Positions 1-12,783 of a stretch of 63,834 nucleotides of DNA are shown here, piece by piece. The first letter of the stretch is position 1; every line of letters starts with the position of its first letter. Source of the stretch: Ionaspis alba (lineage: Eukaryota). Where the stretch lies: positions 1 to 63,834 of the forward strand of contig CAXUUL010000020.1 in the NCBI GenBank assembly GCA_964255285.1, read 5' to 3'. The position numbers and the translations under genes are program-made. The notes beneath the pieces were generated by a model that saw only the letters and a list, made by a program, of their open reading frames with translations, was not told where the DNA came from and did not search any database.

Positions 1-23
1 GAGTGGGGAAGATTGATGCTCAC

Positions 24-152
24 GAGGATGTGCCGGACGTTGATGCTTGTTGCGGGTTTGAGCTTGGAGGAGCTCGAAGTGGCAGAGGAGCTGTCGTCTT
101 TAGTTTTGGCTTTGCTTGATTTGTCGATGCCTTTGCCTTTGGTGCCACCCAT
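24..152 (-). CDS. PIN4: Parvulin-type peptidyl-prolyl isomerase Pin4/Par14, first exon (gene continues off the left edge)
   Basis: Minus strand from ATG at 152 reads MGGTKGKGIDKSSKAKTKDDSSSATSSSSKLKPATSINVRHIL, then a GTGAGC donor at 23. The Lys/Gly-rich N-terminus plus INVRHIL is typical of Par14. Not in the ORF track. Confidence 0.85.
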
Positions 153-326
153 TGTTGTGGACGAGGAGGAGGGAGGTAAAGTGGTGGGGTTGTTGGCGTA
201 GATGTGGGGCACTGATGGAAATTGGGGGTGGGATGCTTTTGTTTGGTCTAGGTACTGCAATTATTCCTATATTCCTCCGTTTCGTGTCACTATGTCCTAA
301 TCTCCTTATGATCTGCGCTCTACAGT

Positions 327-1135
327 ATGAAGAAGGGAGGAACTGTCTCTGCGGTGCTGCCGATACCGTCTTTACCAGATAGTGTATACTACGTTCCTGA
401 ATTCATTACAGAAGCGGAGGAAGCCATACTCTTACAGAAGGTTCATTGATGTCGATTTCATAGAGGTTCCTATCGCTGAGGACCAGCATGTAGATAAACT
501 CCGCTCCGCTCCCCACCTGGCGCCACCTCTCCCATCGCCGCCTCCAAACCTACCCGTCACCTCTGACAACCAACAATACGCTGCTTGCCTCTCCACTCCC
601 AGACTGGCTCTCCAAGCCCATCATACCAAAGCTCAACAGCCTCGTACTAGACAACCACGGTGACCATACACATCCTTTCCAAGACGCTCCACATGCAGAA
701 CCAAACCACGTGCTCGTCAACGAGTACACCCCTGGCCAGGGAATTTTTCCCCACGAAGACGGCAGCGCGTACCATCCAGTCGTCGCAACAGTCTCTCTTG
801 CCTCACACATCGTCCTCGACATATATGCCAAGAAATCCGACGGAAGTGGAGAACGTGAGGACAAGCCAGGATGGAGGATCTTGCAAGAGCCGAGGAGCTT
901 GTTGATTACCACCGGCGAGCTGTATCAGGAGTATTTGCATGGTATTGCGGAGACGAAGGTTGATGAGAACTTGAATGCTGCGAGTGTTGTGAACTGGGAG
1001 ATGCTGGGTCGTAGGGAGGATTTTGAGAGTGGGAGGAAGGAGAGGGGGACCAGGGTTAGTTTGACGTTTCGGGATGTGCTGAAGGTGAAGAGGATGGGAA
1101 AGGGGTTGGGTTTCCTTGCGAAGAGGCCCAGCTGA
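327..1135 (+). CDS. AlkB-family 2OG-Fe(II) dioxygenase, ALKBH6-like
   Basis: Exon 1 327-440 (YYVPEFITEAEEAILLQK), intron 441-493, exon 2 494-1135 (WRHLSHRRLQTYP...PNHVLVNEYTPGQGIFPHEDG...HGI...RVSLTFR). HxD...H metal triad and RxSLTFR motif present. Confidence 0.88.
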
Positions 1136-1387
1136 GGAGACCGTAGGGGACTGCGAATTTGACCGTGAGAAAAGCGGGTGCCAAACTCTAGGTCTTGTGC
1201 TCTGCACGGAGCGTCGAGTGCAGAATGTTTTGGATGTCTGGTTTTCCCTGGATTCTATCCTCCCAAAAACCTTCACTCACCAATCTGCTTTCTGGGGGTT
1301 GTCTCCGAGATCCACTTTGGTCTATGCAACGGAGACATATTGAAGGGACGACCTCAATACATTGTGTGGGTGGGATCTTGATTTTCT

Positions 1388-2459
1388 TCAGTAGGCAAAC
1401 GGTATCATTCGCCATCTCTTCGCCACCTTTTCAATTCCGAATTTCTCTTCATACCATTGCTTGGTCAAACCGGCAGAAACACCAAGATTAACCAATGTAA
1501 AGAGCAGGACGCTCAGCAGTGTTTGGTTGACTATCATGCCTTGCGGGGTAGCAAGAAATGCCATTGCAAGGTAAATGAGACACTCCGCAGTATAATGTGG
1601 GCATACGATGAGCTGAAATATTGGATGAATTGGAAGTGTATATTTGGGGAGAGATGCCAAATAAGTATGGCAGTCATACTGTATTCCCGAAGCAATCATG
1701 AAGAGTGGTAGGAAGGCGATGGTCCTGATGGACGGGGCAGAAAATATCCAGCCACTAAGTATCGACTTTCGAGTTACGATAGCGTCTTCGTCGTGGCACA
1801 GAGATCAGCATCCATTGCCAGAACCGTTGCAGCATATTTGCTCACCTATTGCCTCAATCCATATAGACATTCCTGCGCCAAGGTAGTATAGGATTCCAAC
1901 CAAATAGTGACTCAAAGGCATTGTGGAAGATGAAGGCTTTGCCACGTAGATACACTCATACAAACGCCGGCTGCTGTGGATGAGCATGAGGGTCCAAAGC
2001 AGATTGACCTGCTCCATTGACATACTCCCGGAATATCTTCCAGGAAGTTTATGGTCATAGATTGCCCTGATAGCAGATCCCGTGGTAACGATCTGGAAGC
2101 CCCAAAAAACTAACGAGACTATTGAAACAATGTAGAAGTGTGTGAAATATGAGTGAGGTACTTGGTAAGTGACGATCCTGTCCAGAATATTCTTATTCCG
2201 AGACTCCAGAGTGGTTCCGTCTTTCGTCCCTCGATCCATTGTTCTACCGTAGACTAGATATCGAACTTTCAGAGAGGGAATTGCCCTAAAGAACAGAGTC
2301 TATGAACCATTAGCTCGTTCAGAATCTCTAACGGCGTCTACCTACTGATACCGCTGCTACGAGGAAGCATGTTCTGATGATCAACACTGCATCAAATTGA
2401 ACATCACTCGCTCTCGAGGAAAGAAAACTTTCAGACATGGTGGTGAGATAAGAATCCAT
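1388..2459 (-). CDS. DFG10: Polyprenol/polyprenal reductase (steroid 5-alpha-reductase family), 3 exons
   Basis: VPHSYFTHFY, HSSRRLYEC, QYDCHTYLASL, CPHYTAECLIY and T..WY..KFG...RWRMIPF motifs in ORFs 1805-2239 and 1388-1699 joined by GT-AG introns. Start is 2459 or 2438. Confidence 0.88.
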
Positions 2460-3113
2460 CAGAGTAGGTCTCGTGACCGTGTTATCAAAACAAGACCCTT
2501 TTGTCATAAGGGTTTCATCGCTTCTACTGTAGCACAATCCTCAAATCAAGTCCCAGTTAGTCTAGCCCGGGTATTTTTCCATCAATGACAAAGAGCACTG
2601 TGAAACAAGAAAGGAACAACTTTCAGCTAGCAACACATTGATCTCAACTCTCTTTTCTAACAGAGCCACAATATTAGGGGATGAAAATGATCAAGAGGTC
2701 AAGTTGTACACAAAAAGTCGTGGTTGTTGAGATTCGAGGGGTTATCATGATCGGGAGGACGCCGGCCGACGATGGCAGCCCCTATTGGCTAGCACGTAAC
2801 CAGCGCTTTCGACGAATAACAGCCCCCATTTCCTTCGCAATACGAACATCCTCCTTCCATTGCAACCAACTTTCTCTCACGATTCACGATACTACCAAAG
2901 TCAACGAATTACAACGGATCTCGCGCATTATATTTGTAGATTATAGTACACTCTGACATCATTGCGACTCTATCATCCAATTTCCAGGTCCATCTTTCGA
3001 GGACAGCGGCTCCCCCAGTCGGTGTCTTACCATTTCTGCCGACCGAACGGCCATCCAAAGTCACAACGGCCCAAAATGATTTCGAATCGGATAAGAAGTC
3101 GAAGGCGACCGTC

Positions 3114-6100
3114 ATGAATAATGAGATTGCAACTGAACCACAGTCGATTGATCTTCACCTTGAGACCAAGGAAGAGCCCAAGGTCGTGCCAGCCGAAGAT
3201 GTAGCTCTACCTCTAGTTGAGGACTCGGAGCAGCAGTCCAAGGTCAATCATGGAGCAGACCAGAATGGGGATGCGCGAAGTGATAGTGAGGCCGACACAG
3301 TCGTCCTTGCTGGAAATGAAGAAACTTCGACCGATTCGAGTCGGAAGCAGGCAATCAAGCATGAGGGAAAGAGTGAAATCGAGGCGAAACCTGATCCTTC
3401 GACCGGCACAAATACTCCACCCGATCATCATATCAATTCAAACGTATCTCTAAAGCGCAAAAGAGTTACTCAAGAAACTAGCTCACAGCCAGTGGTGGAT
3501 ACCAATAACTCCAGTAATCTGAGCTCCACAGTATCTTCACCAGCTCTTGACGGTCGAACCACAAGCAGAGCGGGATCCGAGTCAGCCTCGACACGTTCCA
3601 AGCCTCATGACAACGATTTACCTTCGAAGGATGGCATAGCTTCTTCGCGCAAGGTCTCATCAGATCGCGCAGACGAGAAAGGTCTGCCCAGACGACGAAA
3701 ACGAGCTACAAGTTCAGATACTCCGGACGTCACGGATCGCAAAGTATCGAGGACTAGCAACGCTCGCTCCGAATCTCCACCCACACGACAACGACACAGA
3801 ACTCAGTCGTCCCTCTCAGTAGATCCACAAGGTGTTCAGAAGAGGAGGAAGCCACCTCCACTGCAGGTCCATCAGAGAAGACGTGGCTCGGAGGAAGCAT
3901 ACGCGGAGTCGGACGATAGTGGATCTGCTCATGGGCAGCCTCATCTGCGCAGACTCGTATCTGGAGATATCAGTGTTATGTCCCCAGCAAAAATGCCTCA
4001 CAAGAAGCAAAGAGACAAGAATGGTCGGACATGGCTGGCACGGGCTTGTGCTTCCGATGAAGTAGACAATGCTATCGCTAGGCTGAAGGAAAGGCCGGAG
4101 GATCTCGATGTTGCTGATAATGCCGGAAATACGCCGTTACAGATCGCCAGCCTCGAAGGAAATGCTGAGATCGTCAAGGTTCTTCTCGAAGCTGGCTGTG
4201 ATACATCGTGCCGAAATATCGATATGGACACACCTTTGATTGATGCAGTCGAGAACGGACACTTGGACGTGATCAAGTTGTTGCTGGCCGCTGGTGTCGA
4301 CCCGCGTCAGAGCAACGCCAAAGGGGAGGAACCCCTTGATTTGCTGAAACCTGATGGTGAGAATTATGAGGCGATCAAAGCTGCCCTCAAAGAGGCAAGA
4401 TCTCTTGATGCCCAACGAAGGCCCTCAGAAGATCAACATGGACAACTCAATACAGGACGCGATAGTGTTTCCGCTCACAGTCCTCGTGGTTCTCCTTCAA
4501 TGCCAAGTGCTCGAACACCTCCCCTCCCCGGCGGCACAACTCGACGGAAGACAGCGCGCAGCGAGGCGACTCGTAACGATCTCTTATATGTTAGCGCAAC
4601 ACCAGAGAATCTCAGAAAGCTGGCAGGTCGAGGAGATAGTACTGCTGTCAGCCATATCCTTCAGATGCATCCTATGGACGATATTGAATCCGTTCTAGCT
4701 GCAGCCAAAGGTGGTCACGACACTTGCTTGGAACTGCTCATTGCGATGGGCCAAACCATTCACGATCCAGATCCCGTTCAATCTGGCTCTTACAAGCCTG
4801 GTTACAACACGCCAATGCTTGCAGCAATTGGACGTGGACACCTTCCTGTTATCAGACTCTTGCTTGAACAGTCAAAGTTTGATCCCACACGGCGCCTTTA
4901 CAAAAACTTAACATACTACGAAATTGCCAAAGAAAGACAAGGATTCAACTGGCAAGAAGAATATGATATCTTAAAGCAAGCCTACGACAAACGGTCAGGC
5001 CGTTTGTCCAAGGACGCATCACCTTCGAAGCGAAGGACAGGAATTACTCAGCGGGAAGTAAAGAAACCCAAGCAGGACCAGTCGTCTCCTCAGCCTTCAT
5101 CCAAGCCCCTGGGCTCCGAGCATAAAGATCGTATTGGGAAAAAGAAACGGCTCTCTGATGAAAAGAAGAGTCCTCTCGGCCAAGATCATGACGCTCCAGA
5201 TAGAGCGCACAGCAAGCATAACCAGCATCTGCGCGTACCAGTGAAGAAGGACAGCAGAGAATCCTCCGTAGCAGTGTCTGACCGCGAAGATACAGACATT
5301 CAACGTGATAAGGAGAAGAAGTCACAGAGGTCTTTCAATGATGCAAGAGCTGTACACGCCGATAGTAAAGACATTGTCAAGCCACGGAAAAGACTTGTAT
5401 CTGGCAAGACTCTCAAAGACGACCAGGAAAAGAGAAGAGCCAGTCTAGTCTCTGTCGCCTCAACTTCGAGCCAAGATGGCGATCGCGGGTCAACAGGACA
5501 ACACTCGATCACTCCAGGTTTGAAGCGTGAGGATGGAACAGGTCATTCAAGATCAGTACACCTCGACTCAGCCAAGAAACGGCCCCGAAAGAGTGCTAGT
5601 CCACCAGGTGGTCAAAACTCAAATCTGCGCAAACCGTCAGACGGCACTAAGAAAATAAAAAGGAGACGACTCGACTCGAACGGCAATTCTGTCGAGCACA
5701 TTGTCCCTGAACCTGTACAGCCAGGACCTGCAAAAGTGGCCAACATGACTCCAGTCTCTCAATCCGCGATGTCCCCGACCAACAACCTTCACACCCCTAC
5801 TCAAGGCGCTGCTCCTGTGGCATTTATGGGGAATCCAAGTGCCTCCCTAGCTAAAGAATCGGCAAACCAAGCTATTTCTCCGACCAAGGGTGCCACTCCC
5901 ACCACTCGCCAGGACAGCACTGCTCAACAAGAACCTCCTAAGAAGAAATCTCGAATCGAACCTAGCGTTCCAGGTTTGCCAGCCGACGTCATGGATGGAC
6001 CCAGAGATCAAGAGACGCCGCCAATTTCTTCACAGGATCACAATTCAGAGAAGGAAGCGGAGGACTCTCAAGAGCAGAAGCTAAAACAGGAAGCTATTGA

Positions 6101-7140
6101 GCAGGAGGCGAAGGAGAAAGCCGCTCGTGAGGAGGCTCGACTCAAGGCGCAGGAAGAGGAGAGGGCCCGCAAGGAGGAAGAGATCCTTAGACAAGAGAAA
6201 GCTCGTGAAGAAGAGAACGCTAGGTTGGAGGAGCAACGTCGTGTCGAAGAAGCCGAACGCCAAGCTCGACTCGAGCGTGAAGAAGAGGAAGCCAGGATTG
6301 AGAAGAAACGCAAAGAAGAGGAGCTGCAGCTGAAGCTCCTGGAAAGGGAACGAGCCCGAAAAGAGGAACAGGAACGTAGGCGTGCCGAGCAGGTAGAACG
6401 TGAACGACTCGCGCGGATTCAGAGACGCGAAGCAGAGGAACAACGAAGACTGGAAAGTCTCCCCAATGGGCTAAAAGTGGCTGCGCAATTGAGCCATGAT
6501 GCTGCTAGGCATCCCGCTGAAGTGGCCCATTGGTTACCATTGTTCACGGCCACGAGCGCTCAGATTGGAGTGGATTCCGGAAGCGATGAACAGGCAAACA
6601 GTGAACGATGGGTATGCAATCTCCAGGTGGCGCCAATCCTAGCGGTAACGGATCTCGATCTATCGCAGTGTAAGTCATCCTCCACAGAGTTGGACTTCTC
6701 ATGATGCAGTTCGTCTTTAACATAAATGATATGGCCCGTCGCTAACTCGACCATCAGATACCGCTTGGGAAAAACGACCTGTCACCTCTGAATGGCTCTC
6801 TCGCCTCTGGCGTGTCTTACGTGTCAAACTCGCGCGCTGTAAACCACCTCCGGGAGAGAGATTCGAGCTATCAGTGCACAATGAAGAGGACAGAGTGACT
6901 GAAAAGAAACTCTTTGCTCTTAATCATGTTTTCTGGATCAAGCTATCCGACTTCACCGACATCGTCCCTCGATATCCGCACCTTGCCAATATGTCGATTA
7001 AAACTGGCGCCTTGGCAGATAGGGTGCCTGCCAGCCACCCCATTAAAAACGGCCTTCAAAGCAACGGATATCCTGTTGGCGAACAGAACAATCATCGGGT
7101 TCCTCAAACGAATGGCAATCTCACGAATGGCATTCATTGA
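3114..7140 (+). CDS. Large ankyrin-repeat nuclear protein, Hos4/Set3C-subunit-like
   Basis: 1196-aa ORF with ankyrin repeats (GRTWLARAC, GNTPLQIASLEG, DTPLIDAVENGH, NTPMLAAIGRGH), a Glu/Arg coiled coil and a conserved-looking C-terminus. Intron ~6669-6757, last exon ends 7140. Hos4 identity is inferred from architecture. Confidence 0.8.
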
Positions 7141-7314
7141 TCACATATCGAGACACTCCGTTTGACCTGCTCCTCGACTCGAGCGGCTGCGTTGCACACT
7201 TCCTACCTCTTTGTACGTATAATCTTTGATACAACAATCTTCTTCCTTAATCTCAAACGGGAAATGTTCATGGGCGGGCTTGGGATGGAAAGTCGGATAG
7301 AGGCTTTGGCGTAT

Positions 7315-7342
7315 TTGGGAGGAGACTTGGGAGGAGACTTGG
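7315..7342. repeat. 12-bp tandem repeat downstream of the ankyrin gene
   Basis: TTGGGAGGAGAC x2 plus TTGG. Confidence 0.75.
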
Positions 7343-7678
7343 CTACCTGGCTCTCTGTGCAAGTAGCTCTTACCGCAACGGTGGAGGTGGTGTTCTTACG
7401 TATTAGTTCCGCATGGTCGAAAGAGCCTGCGAAATGACTTGTACATAAATACGATCATTCATGATTCTGTGAAAACTGCGTAGTAGTTATTCACCACCGG
7501 CCGAGGAACTTTCAGGTAGCGCGAAAATTAAGCGAGGGCACACACTAAACTGTCCTTAATCGTAAGTATTCTAGTTCAAGCAAACACGAACATTCAATCT
7601 TTCCCCACTCCCTCGAAACACTCCCTCTTTGAGGATCATCCGACAATCCACGTCTGAATAAATTCCACCTCAGTCAAG

Positions 7679-8408
7679 ATGGTACCTTCCCCTTCAGCAC
7701 CCACAATTGCTCCCCTATACCCCATATCCCCGAAAAGATAATCCCCAAGCTGACCGATCCCTCCCCTCCAGTCGGACGGAGAAGAGCCCACCTCCCCCGT
7801 GGCGGCAGCCGAAGAAGTCGAAATATCCGCCGATACCACAACCTCCAAGGGACAAATGTCCGTGCTGGAAGCCCTCAAAGGCGTCCTCAAGCTCGCCCTT
7901 ATTCACGACGGCTTGGCACGGGGTCTGCGCGAAGCTAGCAAGGCACTCGATAGACGCCAGGCTCATATGTGTGTGCTGAATGAGGCGTGTGAGGAGGAGG
8001 CGTATAAGAAACTGGTGGTTGCGTTGTGCTCGGAACATAAGATTCCGCTGATCAAGGTGCCGGATGGGAAGCAGTTGGGGGAGTGGGCGGGATTATGTGA
8101 GTGTCTCTCCTTTTCCCCTCTGATTTGAGGACTGGAGACGGTGGTTGCTAGAAGGGATTTGGGACAAGATCATAATTGATCCATTCTGGGAAGAGCTGGG
8201 AGATCAATCAGCGGGAACAATTCTCTTTGAAAGCCTGATCAGCTCTATGCGATAGTGGCTAATATGGTGTCTCTGCTATCTAGGTGTACTTGACCGAGAA
8301 GGAAACGCGCGCAAGGTTGTCAATTGCTCGTGTGTTGTTGTCCGGGATTGGGGTGAGGAGAGCCAGGAACGATCTATCCTTCTCAACTACTTCCAGACAG
8401 AGCAGTAA
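7679..8408 (+). CDS. RPS12: 40S ribosomal protein S12 (eS12)
   Basis: ATG-only first exon 7679-7681; exon 7772-8096 ([28 protein letters not shown]); intron 8097-8283; last exon [27 protein letters not shown]. Confidence 0.97.
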
Positions 8409-9021
8409 TGGCGCTTGGATAGCTTGCGAATATTCCAGATGCATGGAGGGCTACGACGGATAATCAAGCTTTACCTACTGGCTATTACTGCATATTGTAG
8501 TGGTTAGGGGAATCGCGGCTTGTGATGTACACTACTCTACACTGCTGATAGAACTCGCATCGATCTTGGCCGCAGTGGTACCTTGGTGAATATTGCTCTA
8601 TGATCTGGCTCGAAGTGATGTGATGGAGATAACGAGAGAAAATGTTCGGATTGAATTCGTGGACTCGGCTCGATATCTCATTATGGTATCTAATGTTACA
8701 GATCTTAGGCAGCACGTTTAGCCAGCAAGATCGATCAGCCTTGACCTCCAGTACTGTCCGCCAACGACTGAACCATTGTAATACACCTATCTCCACAGGG
8801 GAGAAAGAGAGCGAAACAGAATGAGAGTCGAGGATCGAACTATTATTGCCCTTCCTTGCCTGTGATCAGAAAGTCGAATAGGGCTCATCCGCCGGCGTAC
8901 GCTGGAACAGGCCCTGGTGGAAGAATGTGTTTAACATAACGAGGATGTGGATAAAAACGACTTGTCCTTAAATTACCCACGGATACAACACTGACATGTG
9001 GTTCACCACGCATAACCCTTA

Positions 9022-10937
9022 CTATCGGAACTGATAAGCAGGAAACATCCTCTTCCCAGGCTTGAGTGACAAGTATTGATACGGCGTCGAAGACGGGTCA
9101 TAGTAGAGGCCCTCGACATGGCCGTCGGATCTCCTCATCGACACGTAGTAGAATCCAGAAATTGTTAGACCAGATTGGGCATCCGAGGGGGTTACAAAAC
9201 ACCGTTCTGCCCAATTTTTAGCAAGTGGCAAACATCATCGAGGGCTCGATTGAGACTGACCTTTCCACCGCATCAGAACCCATTTCTTGCCCAACTCCTC
9301 ACTAAGCCACTTCGCGCTCACTAGATTACTCACAATCTCCTTTTCAGGTAGATCCTTGAATGGCTCCAGCTTGCTCCAATACGTGCTATCCACACTAGCG
9401 TCTGCAGTGAAACTCTTAGTCTCTAGGGTGTACTTGTTGAAATCAATGATTTCGCCCTCTAAGAAAGTCGTGATGCTAGACTCCTGCGGCGGAATCGATT
9501 TGTTCGGCACATTAGACGCTTCCATCGTCCCGGAAAGAGTCATGGTCTCGTAATCTATACTGTTGATAGTAACCTTGACCGGCCAGCTGTCACTGCAGTC
9601 GGCGGCGCTTGCAATAACGCTAGTTGTGAAAGACCGTGTCGACTGTGGAGCTGATCGTCTGTGCCCGTGATCTCTAGTCGCACGATTCGTTGTCGTAGAG
9701 CGCGAGCCTCGCTCAGTGATGTGGTATATCGGTTGGCAAGTCCCTGAAGCGTGCTGTTCACCTGAGAAGACACCGCCAGCCTTTAGCCAGGAGCTTTCAG
9801 CCGGTGCGGCAATGGTTGTGGTGTCGAGGATGAAATCTTCGTGGTTATGTGCAAAGAACTCGCCGCGGACGAATCCTCCAGCTGCTGCTGAAGATATGCG
9901 TTCCGAGTAGGTGTCGCAGAAGCGTAAGCGTTCCAGGTATTTGATAGCTTCTTCCAGCCAGCGGGAAGCGTCTGGGCCACTCTCTGTTGGGAGCCCATGT
10001 CGGTTTCGGAAGCCTTGTATTCGTTGTCTGTAATCGGCAGCTGAGCCCGGCTCAAGATGGGAGGATGTGCTCATGAGCCGAGTGATGCGAGCTTCCGCAT
10101 CTTCATGTCCACGACTGCCACTCTCCCGGTCCAAGATGTAATTCTGTAATTGCTGTCTTGAGCGCTGAGAGAAGCCTGCGGTCCTCTGCACCGATTGAAG
10201 CAAGGCGGTGGTGAGAAGTGAAGAATCGCCATGGGATGGTTCAGCACCGAATCCGAAGTCCTGCTCAAAGAGAGACGGATCCCGGCTTGCGATACGTTCT
10301 GTAACGGCATTATTCAGACTGAGCAGTTCTTCCAGCTCCGCAGCTTGTTCACGGTAGCGCCTTCTTCTCTCCTCGTTCGAGTCCATCTCTGTTCGAAATC
10401 GTGCCAGCGATCTCAGATATCCTCGTGCGTCTTCCGGCTCTGGATAATCGACATCGTCACTACCAGGTGCCCAACCCTCATAAGTCTCTATCCTTATTGG
10501 CGCTCGACTGGCTGATGAAGCAACCTGCTGATGATCCATCTCCTGTAATTGCGCGGGGGTATATCTTCTGCTTTGTTGTGCCGCTCGCCGGATCCTCCGC
10601 TGCTGCTCTCTATCCATATCGGCGTAGGCACCTGCTTGTGGAAAATTCGATGAGTTCAGATGAGGAGTTCGGCGGCGACTTGGACCATCGGATGATGGTG
10701 GCAAAGTCGGGGAGATCGGAGTCCTCAAGAAGCTGACATTGTCATCATGCGCTTCCTGCTCAGCGGGGGTGACGAGTGTTGCGGCAAAGTCAGGTACAGG
10801 ACTTGCGAGTTCTGCAAGTTGTTCTAGATACGGACTGGTGTTTGCATTGATCGGAGGGGTTTCCTGTCCCGATCTGTTAGCTGATTCGTGAAAGAGAGCG
10901 AAAAATGACAGACTGTTGGTGAATTGGCTGGGGGCAT
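9022..10937 (-). CDS. GID4: GID/CTLH E3 ligase substrate receptor Gid4/Vid24 with long N-terminal extension
   Basis: C-terminal domain SWLKAGGVFSGEQH...WPVKVTI..IDY..MTLSGTMEA..VP...TTFLEGEIIDF...LMRWKERCF...GLTISGFYY...EGLYYDPSSTPYQ. Short first exon from ATG 10937; intron near 9208-9259. Confidence 0.88.
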
Positions 10938-11226
10938 TGTCACATGAACGTCGGAATGGTGGAGGCTATTCTGCCATAGGCTTTACAATCAATAGATTGT
11001 AATCGTTCACATTATAGTCATATGATAATACTGTTTTCCAGGAAGGTATAGTAAAGTGTACGAAGATGCGTGAATAGTGTTGAGAATGTGCGGGTCGGAG
11101 GGTTGGTATGAAGGAGCAAAGGCATCCGTATCCGGAGTTGTGGAAACAATGCAACCATCTGGAACAAAGAACAAGCGACGACGCCCTTTCTACGAGTACG
11201 AATCGGCTTTCTGATTCGGTACACAA

Positions 11227-11326
11227 NNNNNNNNNNNNNNNNNNNNNNNNNNNNNNNNNNNNNNNNNNNNNNNNNNNNNNNNNNNNNNNNNNNNNNNNNN
11301 NNNNNNNNNNNNNNNNNNNNNNNNNN
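11227..11326. other. Scaffold gap (100 N)
   Basis: Run of 100 N. Identical-size gaps at 16672-16771, 25815-25914, 31916-32015, 46212-46311 and 59500-59599 indicate unknown-size placeholders. Confidence 0.99.
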
Positions 11327-12157
11327 TTACCCCAACCACCTGCCATTTCTGCAATCCGGTAGACGCATCTGATGAAAATGGTCAAGAAAGCAATTAATAC
11401 TGCCGCCAGGAAGGATCGGAATTTTGTGCTGTGAATGAGGTCTCCGGCCTTTGTTTGCATGGCAGCACGATTGCTGTAAAGCTTCACAAAATACTCGGAA
11501 GCCAGACCAATGAACACAAGGAGTGTGAAGACCTGGAAGACGATTCCGCTCAACATGACGTTCCCGCCCAACTTCAAGCGCGACTCGTTGTCCTTGGCCG
11601 TTGCAGCTGTTGCACCACCGATTGCTTGCAAAAGAAGTGAGATGAAATCGCAAGTGATGAAGATCCATGTGTAGTATCTTGGAGCAAGGCGGGAATGTTC
11701 TGGGCCGAGAGCTAGGATGACATGCTTGAGGGTGAGATAAACCCCGGCGGCGAGGAAGGCCTAGGAACTCTGTTAGGCTTGTAGTGCCAATAATCTCAAA
11801 TCAGATAACCTACTGGTGCCATAATCAAGCAACAGATTTGCATCTCGAAGCCAGCATCTGAATAGGGATTGCTATGCATGATCACTCGCCCAATATAGCC
11901 TTCCAAAGTCAGTGTCAACTTGCATTGGAAAAGAGCTAGCTGCGTTTACCTATGCATTCAGCAAGACACCCTAAAGAGAGTACTGTCATAAAAGTCCAAG
12001 ACCTCCATCTGATACCCGCTCCAAGCTGAAAAACGAAGAAGACGCCGAAGAAGATAGCGAAGAAGAGATTCGGTCCTACGCTCGGATAGTAGCCATAGAC
12101 GCTGTTCTCCACCGTACATTCAGTCGTGATTGATTTGCAGTCATGACCTCTAGCCAT
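11327..12157 (-). CDS. RTA1/RSB1-family lipid-translocating membrane protein (3' end lost in gap)
   Basis: CTVENSVYGYYPS, LAECIGYIGR, QICCLIMAPAFLAAG.YLTL, CDFISLLLQAIGG and IRCVYRIAEMAGGW motifs across 3 exons. Runs into the N-gap at 11326. Confidence 0.9.
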
Positions 12158-12783
12158 GATGAAGATCAAGGCCAGTTATGAGAGCTAACAAGATGTGCGT
12201 GTGAATGGATGTATTGGCATATGACAATATTCCAAAGATTGATTGCAGGCTTTGGGTAATAGAGCAACGACACGGCCTTTGATAGGAGAGCTGATGGTAC
12301 AGATAGATAGGATCAAGGAGCGGTATGAGCATACTTTATACAGAAGAGAATGAAGGCACTTCTTGGTAGCAACAATGCTTAAAGTGATGGCATCACCATT
12401 TTTCCAGGGCACAATGTTACAAATCGTAGAGAAGCCACTGATGGATTGCTCCGTACGGAGATAAGAGGTCAAACACTCGCACGGAAAGACTTCTTGCCAT
12501 ATTGCGCCTCGATGTTTCCTCGTTGATAAGGTAGAGAGCTGCCATATTGACGCGGCATCAGGCATTGAATCCTTCCAGAAAATGCACTACTTCGCTCGTG
12601 CGCTGGAGTCGGGGGGAAGTTACAGCGCAGATGCTTGATTCGACCGACCATTTCTATGCTCCTGTCAAACCTCGTTGGGCCCACGCTAGGACTGAATTCT
12701 AACGGCCGCAACTAGAGAGGGCGGAGCACAACAAGATACCGCCACGTGGGTGACGAGAGAATTGGCACTCACAAAAGCGGTGT

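Noticed and set aside
6060..6450. GA-rich repetitive tract
   Set aside because: Encodes the Glu/Arg/Lys coiled coil of the ankyrin protein; not an independent repeat.
10966..11631. 221-aa ORF spanning the first gap
   Set aside because: Artefact of translating through Ns. The right part is RTA1 and the left part is GID4 upstream sequence.
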